DNA of 64,000 bases. Origin: Anthoceros angustus (Eukaryota > Plantae > Anthocerotophyta). Positions 10,350 through 23,596 of this stretch are shown here, piece after piece; the stretch's first letter is position 1; each line of letters starts with the position of its first letter. The stretch is taken from positions 180,396-244,395 of the forward strand of contig MU008158.1 in NCBI GenBank assembly GCA_010909165.1. The letters are read 5' to 3'. A model generated the notes under the pieces. That model had not been told where the DNA came from. It saw only the letters and a list, made by a program, of their open reading frames with translations, and searched no databases. The position numbers and the translations under genes were made by a program.

Positions 10350-13300
10350 TCTCATTTTTAAGACCATAAAGTGTTTTTAAAAGCTGACACACTTTATTAG
10401 GGTCTATAATAAAACCTTCCGGTTGAGCCATGTAGATGACCTCATCTAAGGTGCCATTAAGCGATTTACGTCTAAGCGATGTACGAGGAGATTGTAGTGA
10501 GCAGCAAGGGCCAAGAGTATTCTTATGGAGGTAGACTTAACAACTGGGGCAAATGTTTCATTGTAGTCTAGTCCCGCTACTTGACTATAACCCTTTTGCC
10601 ACGAGGCGAGCCTTATACCTACCAACACTACCATCGATTAAGTTTCTTCTTGAAGACCCACTTACAAGCAAGCGGTTTTGCGACCGGAGGAGATCAACGA
10701 GAACCCAAGTTTTGTTAGAAATGAGAGATTGATATTCGACTCAATAGCCTTTTGCCAAAAGGAAGCTTCAGGCCCTTCAATAGCTTCTCTATAGGTGGCA
10801 GGTTCACCTAATGATTCTACAGCACTAAAAACGTAAGGAGGTGGAAAAAGTGATTCCTCTACTGCAATACCTGCGACATACGGAGGCTCTTTCCGCTCTG
10901 ACCTTGGAGGACGGTGTCTTGTAGAACGACATAGTACTTGAGGAGGCTCTTCATTGGCTTCATTAACGTCATCCTGTGCTGGATCAAGCACAACAGTGTG
11001 ACTCATTAGCCACCTCTGGATGTGCAGGGTGAACATCATCAGCTACAACCGCTGGAGCGACAGGGGTAATAGGAGCAGCCCTCTCAAGCCAAAGAGGAGT
11101 CATCCTCAAAATAGTAACACAAGAATCATCAAACGCAAAAGAGTCAAGGTGGGTCCAAACACCGATATAGATGGAGGCATAGTTGCGCCGGAGGGAAGTT
11201 GAGCGATGTTGACGAAGCAAAATATCTTCGTTAAAAACCACGCGGAAATGGTCACCGCGTGTAATCGGATCAAACAACTTGTAACCCTTCACATCATCTG
11301 AGTAACCCACAAAAATTCTACGGATCGCTTCAAATCCAAATTATAAATAGTCAGAGGGACATAAGCATAAGGTGATCCAAAATGCGAGATGCCCTATACG
11401 GGCTTCTTTCCAGTCCATCTCTCATAAGGAGTTGTCAATCCAAGCTCCTTAGTAGGCGATTGAGAACATAATTTGCAGCCATCAATGCCTCACCAATATC
11501 CACGAGAGAGTCAAAAGTAAGAGAGGCCAAAGTAGCCTCTTGCGTCCGTTTTTCCTCTCAAAGAAAGGAGTTCGAGCAGGAGTATACGGTGAGCTGTGAG
11601 TCTTCCAAAGAGCAAAATTCAAAAGCATTGTTGATTCGCCGCCATTGTCATCACAGAAAATTTTAACCTTGTGACTGCTTGCCGGGATGCCAACCGCACA
11701 TAGGTTTGAAAACACATAAAAGCCTCGCTTTTATTTCTTAACACATAAACAATACAATAGCGGCTCCATTCATCTATGAATGTAATAAGCAGCTCCTCCA
11801 AATGAGCTGGTGGACATAGGGCCACAAATATCACTATGAATAGTATCCAAAAGGCGAGGCCCTTGTTGAGTGGAGATCCGTATATGGCTTAGAAAATGCT
11901 TTACTGTCGACAGGAGTCACAAAAGGGGTGACCGTGGGACATAGGTAAGTGGATCTCTAAAGCTATCACCCTTCGTAAGAGATGCTAGACTGGAAATTTA
12001 CGTGGGCAAGACGACAATGCCAAAGGTGCATTGAAGCTTGTTTCGAATGGCATTGCATGAGTGGGTTGAGGTTGCACTATGGATTTGACATCTAATAAAT
12101 ACAAATCATGAAAAGGGGTGCCAAAAAAGGTCATGGCTTGATGGAACATGCTTACAAAGGCAACCAGCTTGATCAAAGCAAAAGAGTCAAGGTGGGTCCG
12201 AAACACGGATATAGATCTTTGGAGGCATAGTTGCGCCGGGAGGAAGTTGAGCGGCATGTTGGCGAAGCAAAATATCTTCGTTAAAAACCACACTTGGAAA
12301 TGGTCACTGGCGTGTAATCGGATCAAACAACATAACCCTTCACATCATCGGAGTAACCCACAAAAATTCTAATTTGCCTTCAAATCCACTTATGAATAGT
12401 CAGGGACATAAGCATAAGCGGGTGATCCAAAAATCGTAGATGCCCTATACGGGCTTCTTTCCGATCCATCTCTCATAAGGAGTTGTCAATCCAAGCTCCT
12501 TAGTAGGCGATTGAGAACATAATTTGCAGCCATCAATGCCTCAATATCCACGAGAGGTGGCAAAAGTAAGAGAGGCCAAAGTAGCCTCTTGCGTGTCCAG
12601 TTTTCCTCTCAAAGAAAGGAGTTACGGCGGGGAGTATACGGTGAGTGAGCTGGTGTTGTATCCCTTCAAAGAGCAAAATTCACGAAAAGCATTGCGATGT
12701 ATTCGCCGCCATTGTCAACTGCGTAAAATTTTAACCTTGTGACACTTTGCGGGATGCCAACCGCACATAGGTTTGAAAACACATAAAAACCTCGCTTTTA
12801 TTTCTTAACACATAAACAATACAATAGCGGCTTCATTCATCTATGAATGTAATAAAATAAGCAGCTCCTCCAAATGAGCTGGTGGACATAGGGCCACAAA
12901 TATCACTATGAATAGTATCCAAAAGGCGAGGCCCTTGTTGAGTGGAGATCCGTATATGGCTTAGAAAATGCTTTACTAAGGCGAGGAGTCACAAAAGGGT
13001 GACCAAGGGACATAGGTAAGTGGATCTCTAAAGCTATCACCCTTCGTAAGAGATGCTAGACGCTGGAAATTTACGTGGGCAAGGCGACAATGCCAAAGGT
13101 GCATTGAAGCTTGTTTCGAATGGCATTACAATGAGTGGGTTGAGGTTGCACTATGGATTTGACATCTAATAAATACAAATCATGAAAAGGGTGCACGAAA
13201 AGGTCATGGCTTGATGGAACATGCGTTGAAACCGTTTGATCAAAGCAGACTCGGCAAGAGTGTTCTTGTGACAACTTAAGCCGACATCAAATTTTTGGTC

Positions 13301-13448
13301 ATAGAAGGAACAAATAAAACACCGTAAAGTGTGAGTGAAGACTCATCAGGAGTTGTATGACCAGTGAGCCCGAGCCCTTGATGGAAAGCCCACTGTCATC
13401 ACCCAAAAGCACAAACTGATTGGCATCATATGTGGGTGAGAAAGTTTT
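10350..13448 (-). mobile_element. Copia A, 3' part: protease C-terminus, GAG-pre-integrase, integrase and partial RT; degenerate and partly duplicated
   Basis: TFSPTYDANQFVLLGDDSGLSIKGSG at 13448-13370; ITFIDEWSRYC integrase motif; [30 protein letters not shown] motif. RT ends at LYGLK near 10360. 11100-12060 is repeated at 12180-13260. Confidence 0.9.
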
Positions 13449-13715
13449 TGATGAAAATCATGCTAAGCTCTAGCATAAAAGATGCTTGCATTACAATGTA
13501 TATAATAGAAAGTACAAAGCCTATTTATAGGCAAGGTGGTTAGGTGGTTAGACGGTTATAACCATGGTTATTATAGTCGGTTGGTAACATAACTAATATA
13601 ACAACTAACCTCCTAGGACAACTAACTAAGTAACTACTTAATGCCCTAGAGATAAATTAAAGCATAAGTAAAGGTGCCCTAGTGAATAGTGCCCTAAACT
13701 ATATGTATTTTATCA
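13449..13715 (-). repeat. 3' LTR of Copia B (267 bp, TG...CA)
   Basis: Direct repeat of 40986-41247. Termini tgatgaaaat...attttatca. The adjacent ctcccactcac is a polypurine tract on the minus strand. Confidence 0.92.
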
Positions 13716-13726
13716 CTCCCACTCAC
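13716..13726 (-). other. Polypurine tract of Copia B
   Basis: gtgagtgggag on the minus strand immediately before the LTR TGAT. Confidence 0.8.
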
Positions 13727-13886
13727 TATGAACGTAGGGGTGAAAATAAGCTACAAAATGAGACTAAATACACTAGCAAACTCCTACTAGATAGATAGTT
13801 ACTAGCTCAGAAAATAAACTGATAGTCTATGTAGCTTAAGCAAACTAAACTAAATAAATAATTAATTTAGATATGTTAAATAGGTA

Positions 13887-16270
13887 TTTAGAAATCGGGA
13901 AAAGCAAAAGGAAAAACCCGAAATAAAAGAAATGGGGGATAATTGCAAAACCCCATCCCGAAATTAAAAAGGGGTGGATAATGCAAACCCCCACGGATCC
14001 ACCGTGGTGCGGTTATGCCGTGCCCACGCGTTAAGTGGGCCGGTGGCATAAAACGCGCAGCGCCCGTGATCATGGCTCAGCTCGCGGGAGCGGGCGCCGC
14101 GCGTGAGGCGTCGCCCAGCAAAGGCCAGCGCCCAGCCTTGCAGCGCAACGCCAGCGAAAGCGTGACGGCGCCGTCTTGACGAAATTTTGTGATCGACGCG
14201 AAAAGTCGTGATTGCTTGCGGTCTTGAGATCCTGCGGCCATCAAAAATTCGATTCGGGCGCTTCATGTGGCGCTCCCCGATCCACAAATTGTGTGCTTTT
14301 GCGATTTGCGATGGTAATCCGGAGATGGCAATCGGTGAAGTCCCGTCGATGAAGCTCTGCCGATTTGGAAATTCAACGTACTTGGTACCTGGCCAACGGC
14401 GATGTGGGTGCCGAGTGCCGATGAAGTCTGGCCAGTGGGAGGAGACCAAATGGGGAGATGAGCTGGATCCTCCCACTAGAACTCCAAACAGATGGTACCC
14501 ATCTCCTCTTCGTGAGAAGAGATTGTCGCTCTCGTCGCCTTCTAGGAGTGGAGTGAAGATGAGAATTTGCCGGGTTGCCGATGGAGGTCTCGTCCCCGCT
14601 CTTCCGACGAGACATGGTGTGATGACCGACATTGATGAAGAGGACTGGTGGGAGCCCAAGCCGATGTTGAAGATGCTCCTCATGATCTGCGAAGGAAGTC
14701 CAAGTGCGGTCGCCTCCCCGTCAATGATGATTTCCGACGCCAAAAGTGCCAATGATCTCCACAAACTAGCCTCGGTATGTTAACTGCTGCATATATGCTA
14801 CAAAGTGATAGATAGCATGTGTACTAATGGGATGATCCATTGGCGGATCTAGCCGGAAAACTTGATGGATGAAAATCAAGACACAAGAGGAAAGTGGAAG
14901 GGCAAGAGCAAGGTGGTAGCAGAGTAGTGGAAAAGAAAGTAAGTAGGAATAGGAAGTAGGTTGCTCCTATTTATAAGGACAAAGTTTTTTTTTTTTGCTT
15001 AAAAGAAACTATGTGGTTGTAGGGATGGACAAGTGTGGGCACGGATCACTTGAGGATTGCTATCCCACAAAGAGTGGTCCTCAAGCAACAAGGACAGGAT
15101 ATGCAATACTGGATGCTATCGGTGAAGTCCCGTCGATGGCGAAGCTCCTGCCGATTTGGAAATTCAACGTGCCAGTACAGCCAGCGATGTGGGTGCCGAG
15201 TGCCGATGAAGTCGAGCCGCTGCTACGTCGTGGGAGGAGACCAAATGGGAGATGAGCCGATCCTCCCACTAGAACTCCAAGCGGATGGTACCCATCTCCT
15301 CTTCGTGAGAAGAGATTGTCGCTCTAAATCGCCTTCTAGGAGTCGGTGGAGTGAAGATGAGAATTTGCCGTTGCCGATGGAGGTCTCGTCGAAGCCGTCT
15401 TGACGAGACATGGTGTGATGACGACATTGATGAAGAGGACTCGTGGTGGGAGTCCAAGCCGATGTTGAAGATGCTCCTCAGATCGTTGCGAAGGAAGTCA
15501 AGTGGCGGTGCGCTCCCCGTCAATGATGATTTTCCGACGCCAAAAGTGCCAATGATCTCCACAAACTAGCCTCGGTATGTTAACTGCTGCATATATGCTA
15601 CAAAGTGATAGATAGCATGTGTACTAATGGGATGATCCATTGGCGGATCTAGCGTGGAAAACTTGGATGGATGGCGAAGACCAAGAGGAAAGTGGAAGGG
15701 CAAGAGCAAGGTGGTAGCAGTAGTGGAAAAGAAAGTAAGTAGGAATAGGAAGTAGGTTGCTCCTATTTATAAGGACAAAGTTTTTTTTTTTTTGCTTAAA
15801 AGAAACTATGTGGTTGTAGGGATGGACAAGTGTGTGGCACGGATCACTTGAGGATTGCTATCCCACAAAGAGTGGTCCTGAAGCAACAAGGACAGGATAT
15901 GCAATACTGGATGCTATCTTCCTATGGGAAGTTTGATGAAAGCTACCCACTTGATATGCCACAGGGATAAGGATAGTTACCATGCCCTGAATATGTTTGC
16001 CATAAGAAAGGAATCAAAATGGTATGGTTGGGAGCTGCCCCATGTGCTGAGTATGAAGGACACTAAGCATACTTATAGTAAGTACCCTAATGCCATTTAT
16101 GACTTAAATAGCATTTAATAATTTATTTATTTATTTTTATATTAACATGACTCCTAAATTTTGTGAATAGGATCTGCGGGCATTGGGCGAAGCTCGGGAA
16201 TACTATGAAGACTATTTAGAAATAGAAGAGGAACTTGATCATTTGGACAAGTGTGTGGCTTGTAGCCAAG
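13887..16270 (+). mobile_element. Insertion in the 3' UTR of Copia B: Mutator-like terminal sequence followed by a degenerate spliced gene; no right TIR found
   Basis: gggggataattgcaaaacccc and ggggtggataatgcaaacccc at 13934-14000 resemble MULE TIR starts. Splice-like sites include aaa|gtaagt (~14940, ~15735), ttgtag| (~15020) and aatag| (~16170). 14330-15110 is duplicated at 15110-15915. Confidence 0.4.
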
Positions 16271-16310
16271 GTTAACTTTTAGTTGCCCACTTATGTTCCT
16301 CTATAGCTAA

Positions 16311-19300
16311 CTGAGTTAGGGTGGCTTAGACTTGATATCTAGTATCCCTAAACTCTTCATGTGTTTGCTATGTAAATCACGACCTAATGACTTGGTTAAT
16401 ATATCGGCCGGATTTTCCGAGTTTGGATGTAATTTATGTCTATTGTTTTGTTTTCTAGCATTTCACGAATGTAGTGGTATTCAATTGCTATGTGCTTTGT
16501 TGGAGTGGAAGGCGGATTTCTAGCTAGGGCTATGGCCCCTTGACTATCAACGAACAAAGGTGTGGGATTATGTTGGGGTGACCAAGTTCGCAAAGCTAAC
16601 CTACACCAAACTATATCTTTTGAGACCGAGGTTAGGACTCTATACTCGACTCGGTGGATGACAAAGCAATAGTAGGTTGTTTCTTACTTGACCAAGAGAT
16701 TGGAGCTCCTCCCAATAGTAGAACATAGCGGATCTGATTACGTGTCTGCGGATCATAATCGGCATCATGTCGTTAGGATTAAATTGGGTATGCGGGTTTG
16801 TACTTGTAAGTCAATCCTGTGCATAGTTCCTTTGAGGTATCTGAAGATACGTTTGACTGATAGCCAATGTTCCTTTCCAGGGTTCTCTAGGAACTGTGAA
16901 CATGCACTAACTTCAAAAGAAATGTCGGGTCTTGTGAAGTTACTTAAGTAAATCAGGGTGCCAACAACATGTCTATATGGTACTGCTGACATCTCATGCT
17001 TCTCCGTATCTGTTTTAGGGCTCATATCTGAGGTGAGCCTAATGCCACTAGCAAAGGGGGTAGTGGCCGGTTTGGCTTCTTCTAATCCAAATTTTGTTAA
17101 ACTCTCTTTAATATACTTAGTCTGAACTAAGCTTAGAGTTTTGTTGCCTCTATCCCTGATGATATTAACGCCAAGGGCATAAGTCATCTCTCCGAGATCA
17201 GTCATCTCAAAATGACTTCGTAACCATGCCTTGATTTCAGCTAGGAGGGATAAGGAAGATGAGGCCATAAACAAGTCGTCGACATAAAGTAGAAGGTAAA
17301 TTATATCACTTCCTGATTTCAATATGTACATGCTAGCATCGGCTTTGCTTCGTTTGAAGCCACGATTAACTAGCTTGACATGTATGACGACATTCCATTC
17401 TTTGCCTGATTGCTTCAGGCCATAAATGCACTTAATAAGTTTGCACACCCAATCTTCCTTTCCCTTGACCTCATAGCCCTCAGGCTGTCTCATATAGATC
17501 TCCTCTTGTAGACGTCCATGCAGGTAAGCTGTCTTGACGTCCATCATGTGGAGGTGAAGGTCATGTTGTGTGGTTAAGGCTAAGATCATTCTTAGGGAGG
17601 CAAACTTGGCAACTGGTGCATAAGTGGCATGGGGTAGATAATCTAAACCAGGGATCTGGGTAAACCCTCTAGCCACTAATCGTGCCTTGTATCTCTCAAT
17701 GGAACCATCACCCTTTCGTTTGATTTTGAATACCCACTTGCTAGTCACTATTTTTCTGCCCTTAGGTGGTTTCACCAATTCCCATGTCGAGTTTTTAACT
17801 AATGAGTTATACTCAGAATCTACTGCTATTTTCCACAAGTCTTTCTCTGGAGAGGAAAATGCTTGTTTCAAAGTCAGAGGTTCTTCGGGATCAACAGTGG
17901 CTTTATAGATAGCCTGGTGAAAAGGGAGAAGGGAGAAATAGGATCATCAAAGGTAGCAAGGTATCCCAGGGGTGGTTCTTTCCATCCTGCAGGTCCTGAA
18001 ATAACTGGTCTAGTTCTCAGGTTGTACCTTGGTGCAGGTTGTTCATCATCAACGGCGACCTCTTCATGAGCTGGTTCGTATATAGGAGAAGCAGGCTCAT
18101 CTTCGACCAGATAATCATCCTCAAGAGGTTCTTCAGTGTCCTCTGCATCGGGGATGTCCTCAAGGTGTTGAGGTTCTTCGGTATCGGGATCCGGAGTCGT
18201 AGGTCGACGAGGGCGTCGAGGGATATGTAGCTCCTCCTCCTCCTGCAGTATAGGTGCAACAACAGGAACAGGAGCAGGGACAATATGTTGAGTTATGAAA
18301 TCATGATCATCAAAAGATGAATACTCGGTGTTCTCGGGAGGAAGAACATCATGAGGAGTGTCATGAGGAGTGTCCGGAGCTCCCACCAAGGTGAAAGTAT
18401 ATGGGACTCATTAAAAGTGACACTCGGCATATAAGAGCTTCACATTAGCGGATCAAATAGTTTGTATCCTTTGATGCCTTCGTAGCCAATGAAAGTATAC
18501 TTGGCTGCCTTAGGATCTAGCTTCTTTCGCTGTGCTTTAGGTATAAAGACATAAGCAGGAGATCCAAAAACTCGAAGATGGTCGATTGAAGGCTTCCTAC
18601 CAATAAAGGCTTCATAAGGTGTCATACCTTGACTACGGTCGATCTATTGATGAGATAGGTTCTTTGAAAGCATGGCCTCCCAATAAGTCTTGGATAATTT
18701 AGCTTGGGAGAGCAAGCAACTGTGATCTCTTGAAGGCGAGGTTCTTATTCTACTCATTTCTTTGAGGTGTATGTACAATGTGAGTTGTTGAGCTATGCCT
18801 TGACTCGACAAAAATCGACAAATTCATGAGATGTAAACTCTCCTCCATTGTCGAACGGAGGGTCTTGAGTTTTTCGTAAGTCTCTCGCCCACATCATGTA
18901 GTCCTTGAAAACCGAAAGGCTTGGCTTTTGTGTTTCGGGATGTATGTGAGGACAACAGCGAGAATAATCATCTATGAATGTTAGAAATATACAACGGTAA
19001 AGGATGGTGCGAAATAGGGCCATAAATGTCATGTGGACCAACTCAAAGTGCTTGGCCCGGGGAGAGTGGTTGTGGAAGGAGCAGTGCCTTTTGGTGGTGA
19101 CACAGGCTTCGCACCAGGATAGGGGTTCTATCTTGGATAGGGAAGGTGTTCTATAAAAATTTCCCTTAGACATTTGGATGAGTTTTTGGCTATTAGGATG
19201 ACCTAGTCGGCAATGCCAAAGTGTGGTGTTGGAGGAGGTGGCGGTGTGGGTGGCTACATTCATGCTATGTAAGGGACCCACTTGGACGGATAGTTTGTAT

Positions 19301-20371
19301 AGGCCGTCCTCTAGTGTCGGGCGAGATAGTATGTGACTTACTTGTGAGATGGGAAATAAGACAACTATCTCGCATGAAGAATGACTTGCATGCTATGTTG
19401 AACATAAGCTAGCAGACACTAGATTTTTACACATGGATGGTACGTGAAGGACATGGGAAGAGAGAGAACTTGGCGAAGAATAAAGAACAATGAACCTACA
19501 CCAGAGATGGGGAGGTTGTGATCATCGCCCGAGGGGCGGTCCCGGTGTCCTGTGGCGAATAAGACTCAAAAGAGTTTTTGTTGTGACAGATATGTGATGT
19601 AGCTCCACTGTCTAAATACCAATATTGGTTTGATGGCTTTGATGATGCCATGCAGACAGTGAGAGCTGCCGGTGTTGTGGAAGATTGTTTCTTCACTACA
19701 ACATGCTCGAGGCGGCCTCCTTCCTAGGCTCGTTCTTCTTTTCTTGCGTCCTTCTCCATATGGTTCGAATTGCACCAATTACAAATAACGCCTTCTTATT
19801 ACCTCTTGCGGTCTTTGAAGAGACAGTATTCACCGCCTGTGAATATTGGTTGGGATTGGGTCGTGAAGAAACAGTCCTCCGCGACCTCGGCCTCGACCTC
19901 TTCCTCTACCCCTTCCAGTGAACATCACCTGTATCGGTTGATCTGGATTCATGTCGACTTTGGTCCTCTGTATGATTGCTCCAATCAATTCGGTGACGCT
20001 TAAATCAAGCGGCATCACCGAGGCTTCATGATTTTCCGAGGCGAGGAGACGCATTTTGAGTAGTCACGAAAGCCCTGTAGGAGGGTGGTAGAGGCGAGAA
20101 GAGTCATAAAGCAGATTGTTCGGTCAACTTGGTGCGGATCGCTTCAAGGTTGGACTTGGCGATTCGGAGGCGCATTTTAAGTAGTCACGAAAGCCCTGTA
20201 GGAGGGTGGTAGAGAGGCGAGAAGAGTCATGAAACAGGATTGTTCGGTCAACTTGGTGCCGGATGCTGCTTCAAGGTTGGACTTGGCGATTCGGAAAATG
20301 CTGATATGATTGTCAATGGAGTCATTCTCTCTCATCTTGAGATTATGAAAATTGCGGGTAGCTGACAACAA
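16311..20371 (-). mobile_element. Copia B internal region: gag C-terminus, protease, integrase, RT, RNase H
   Basis: LSATRNFHNLKMRENDSIDNHI (gag/UBN2); WYLDSGATSHIC (protease); LWHCRLGHPN and FLTFIDDYSR (integrase); RT ORF 16765-17871; LFVDSQGAIALARNP...TKHIAIEYHYIRE (RNase H). Confidence 0.95.
16765..17871 (-). CDS. Ty1/Copia reverse transcriptase (368-aa open fragment)
   Basis: [59 protein letters not shown]. Confidence 0.95.
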   Translation of the reverse strand: MKQAFSSPEKDLWKIAVDSEYNSLVKNSTWELVKPPKGRKIVTSKWVFKIKRKGDGSIERYKARLVARGFTQIPGLDYLPHATYAPVAKFASLRMILALTTQHDLHLHMMDVKTAYLHGRLQEEIYMRQPEGYEVKGKEDWVCKLIKCIYGLKQSGKEWNVVIHVKLVNRGFKRSKADASMYILKSGSDIIYLLLYVDDLFMASSSLSLLAEIKAWLRSHFEMTDLGEMTYALGVNIIRDRGNKTLSLVQTKYIKESLTKFGLEEAKPATTPFASGIRLTSDMSPKTDTEKHEMSAVPYRHVVGTLIYLSNFTRPDISFEVSACSQFLENPGKEHWLSVKRIFRYLKGTMHRIDLQVQTRIPNLILTT

Positions 20372-20392
20372 GGGTGTAAGCATGGTTTGGTG
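20372..20392 (+). repeat. Left TIR of the Sola-like element
   Basis: GGGTGTAAGCATGGTTTGGTG preceded by ACAA (20368-20371). Confidence 0.9.
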
Positions 20393-20689
20393 GTACACTT
20401 TTGTACCATATGGTTGTGGTACACTTGGTTACTTTTGAGAGATGAGAGAGAGATGTGAGAGAGTGATGTGAGATAGTCAAAGTTTCACTAAATTAATATT
20501 TTTTATTCTACTTATACTTATAGTTTTATATCATTGTAGTTGATTATTTTATCTTATGTTTACCTTGTCTACTTTTTACATGTTTGAAGGTCAACGACCG
20601 CTTACCTTCGGCCGAACGCCCTCCGCTTGCTCCCGCCTCCATCTTCTTACATGTGCCTACGCGAACTTTGGCGCCGGCTGCTGGTCCTG

Positions 20690-20935
20690 CCCTCTGTTGA
20701 TGCTCGAGGCCCTCTGCTGCTGCTCGAGGCCCTTTGCTGCTGCTGCTGGTCCTGCCTGATGCTCGAGGCCCTCTGCTGCTTCTCGAGGCTCTCTGCTGCT
20801 GCTCGAGGCCCTCTGCTGCTGGTCCTGCCCTCTGGTGCTGCTACGGGTCCAGCCCTCTGCTGCTGCTGCTGGTCCTGCCCTCTGGTGCTGCTGCGGGTCT
20901 AGCCCTCTGCTACCGCTGGTGCTCCTGCCCTATGT
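20690..20935. repeat. GC-rich minisatellite (gctgctgct-cgaggccctct / ggtcctgccctct units)
   Basis: About 10 variant units of 20-24 bp. Confidence 0.9.
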
Positions 20936-20984
20936 TTCTCCTACCAAAATTTATTCCTTGCGAGAAGGACGCCGTTGGGGCCTG

Positions 20985-21235
20985 AAGGCCGAGAGCTTGG
21001 GAGCCGAGAGCGTGGGAAGCTTAGGAGCCGAGAGCATGGGAAGCTTGGGAGCCGAGAGCGTGGGAACCTTGGGAGCCGAGAGCGTGGGAAGCTTGGAAGC
21101 CTGAAGGTCGCGAGTGTGGGAAGCTTGGGAGTCGAGAGCGTGGGAAGCTTCAAGGGAGCTTGGGGGTCGAGAGCGTGGGAAGCTTCAAGGGAGCTTGGGA
21201 GCTCAAGGCCGAGGCGTGGGAAACTTGGGAGCTGT
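20985..21235. repeat. 24-bp minisatellite aagcttgggagccgagagcgtggg
   Basis: Translates as repeated SLGAESVG in ORF 20835-21104; about 9 variant units. Confidence 0.92.
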
Positions 21236-23596
21236 GGTGCTGGTGCTCCTACCCTTGCTTGTCTGCTCCCGCCCGCCTGCCGCTGCTGGAGGCCCTCTGC
21301 TGGTCCCGCCCGCCCGCCCGCCCGCCGGTGTCTTGCCTCGCTAGTGTTGGTGCCGCCCGCCCGCCGGTGCCGGTGCTCTAGGTGCCGGTGTTCCCCGCCT
21401 TTGCAAGTTTTGGTGCCGCTCCGCACTCGCTAGTGTTGGTCTTTGGTGCCGCTCCCGCCTCCATCTTCTTGCTCCCCGCCTCCATCTTCTTGCTCTTGCC
21501 CTCCGCTGGTTTGTGCTTTTATTAACATGTTGCTAAAGCTTTTCGTTGTAGATGTGCTAGCTTGAATCGTGACGCTCATCTACCGCCGCTATCACAAGGG
21601 GCCATTTGGGTCAACATTGAGGACAAGGTGCTAGGATGCTGCATCTATTTATAGTGACATGGTGGCGTCATGAGGAGATTGTAGGAATGACACGGAATCG
21701 GGCGTGCTCTAAAGAATCTTTGTGACTCGACAAGCCCGTGTGACGAAAGCCTTGGAGGACGCACCCAAGTGGAAGCGCCCACTTGGTGTTGGCACCTGGA
21801 GACTTTGTCTGCGAGAGGAAGGGGTGAGCGTTCGTGACATGTGCTGAAGGAGGCGGTGGGAGGCGACGTGTTTGACCTCCGGTTTGGTGTAGAGAGCGGC
21901 CCGGTGAGGCTTACGGTGGAAAGGATCCAAAAGTTTTCGATAAGGAGTGGCGGAACATTGATGACCGATCTTCCATATTTATGGTAAGCGAGCTAGTAGT
22001 GGTGGCCAAAAATCCCGAGGTTGATGGCCTTGGGCATCCTAGTGGAGAAAAAATGCACAAGGGAATGGCGGTTAGCCTTCAAACAAAAGCAGATGGGAGG
22101 AAAGCCTTGAAGGAGGAGAAGAAGAAGGGTCGGGCGGGAAGGAGAAGAAAGTGGATGTCCGGAAGAGACCCCGATTCACAAGGTCCCGTAACAAGGTCAC
22201 AGCGGGGAAAGGTGATCTTTGGGATTGAGCATGTGTCTTGATTCGAGGGCGCCATGAGGAGGTGAGGGCAGGTGGCCGGTGAGCAAGAGCAGGAGGACAT
22301 GCCTGCCAAGGAGCGTGAGGAAGAACTTATTCCTGACAAGGAGGCAGAAGTCATAGGCTTGGTAGAGGAGGACAAAAATCATCGTGTTCTTTCAGCAGAG
22401 GATGGAGAAGAGGAGGCGGGGGCACAATCGGGTGGGTCATTTTCTCGTTCCAGCTAGTTGATTGTCTGAAGTTTTTTTTTGGTGATATGCTTGAGCTTGA
22501 TCCTGTGAGCAGTGGGTGTGATTGCGGATCGTCCGGATATCGTCTGAGCTCGAATATTTTTATGTGTGTGTGTGTTGGAGCTTGATCCAGGCGGCCGGTG
22601 TTTTTGTGTTTGAAGTGTGCTTTCAACCTTGGGCAGATGCATCTAATGACATCGCGCCTTGGCGATCTTAGCGATGAGTGGTGGGTGTGATGCGGAGACG
22701 GATCGTCTCTTTGTCCAGATGTCTGCAGCTCGAAAATCATGCGCTTCATTAGCTTATGGTTAGTGCGGTTTCATGAGCTTATGGTTCTTTGTCGTTGTGT
22801 GATCAGGTGCATGTGCAGGCAAGCTGTGAATGGGTAGGTGGTTTAGGTTAGATGGTTGGCCCGGATAGTCTTCGAATATTTTTATGTGTGTGTGTTGGAG
22901 CTTGATCCGAGCGGGTGTTTTTGTGTGTGGTGTGCTTTGAACCTTGGCGGACTGCTTCTACTCACGTTTGAACACGTGAATACGGCCTTGACAATCCACA
23001 GCCTTGGATCCCGGCCGATCCACAGCCTTCGATCACCGGCCTTCCATCCAGCCTTCCTTCAGCATCTGGCCTTGATCCGGCCACGATCAGCCTTCCACAT
23101 CACGGCCTTGACGGTCCAACGGCCTTGGTGATCCCACATGATTAGCCTTGTGTCTGGATCCTTGACACCCACATCCTTCCGTGTTAGACGAACATGTGAA
23201 TGCACTTGAGTCCTAGCGATGGTGGTGGGTGTGATGCGGCCGTGTTAGATGCTTTGTCTACATGTCTGCTACATGCTCGGTTTGCGAGGCCACCTTGAGC
23301 CCTACCACACATTTCAAAGGGTTTCCATGGTTTTCGCATCCATCGCGATTAACAGGTTTGCCCCTTGCACAATTGTGTACACGATGGGATGATCAGTGTT
23401 CTTTATTTGCGCGACCTTATGTTGACTGATTATTGATTGTACAAAAGTATCGATCTTGCAAGCTCGGTTTTGTAAGTTCATCACCGCATGGTGTGGTGTT
23501 TCCAAGTTGGTAGCATGCTAATTCTTTGCTCTGTGCATTTGTTTTCCCAACTGTTGATTCGTTCAAACCGCTTTAGGCTCTGGGAGGGATACTTCA

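Noticed and set aside
10330-10400. 3' LTR of Copia A
   Set aside because: No copy of 43558-43815 exists in the window; RT simply ends at LYGLK against the CRE 3' end.
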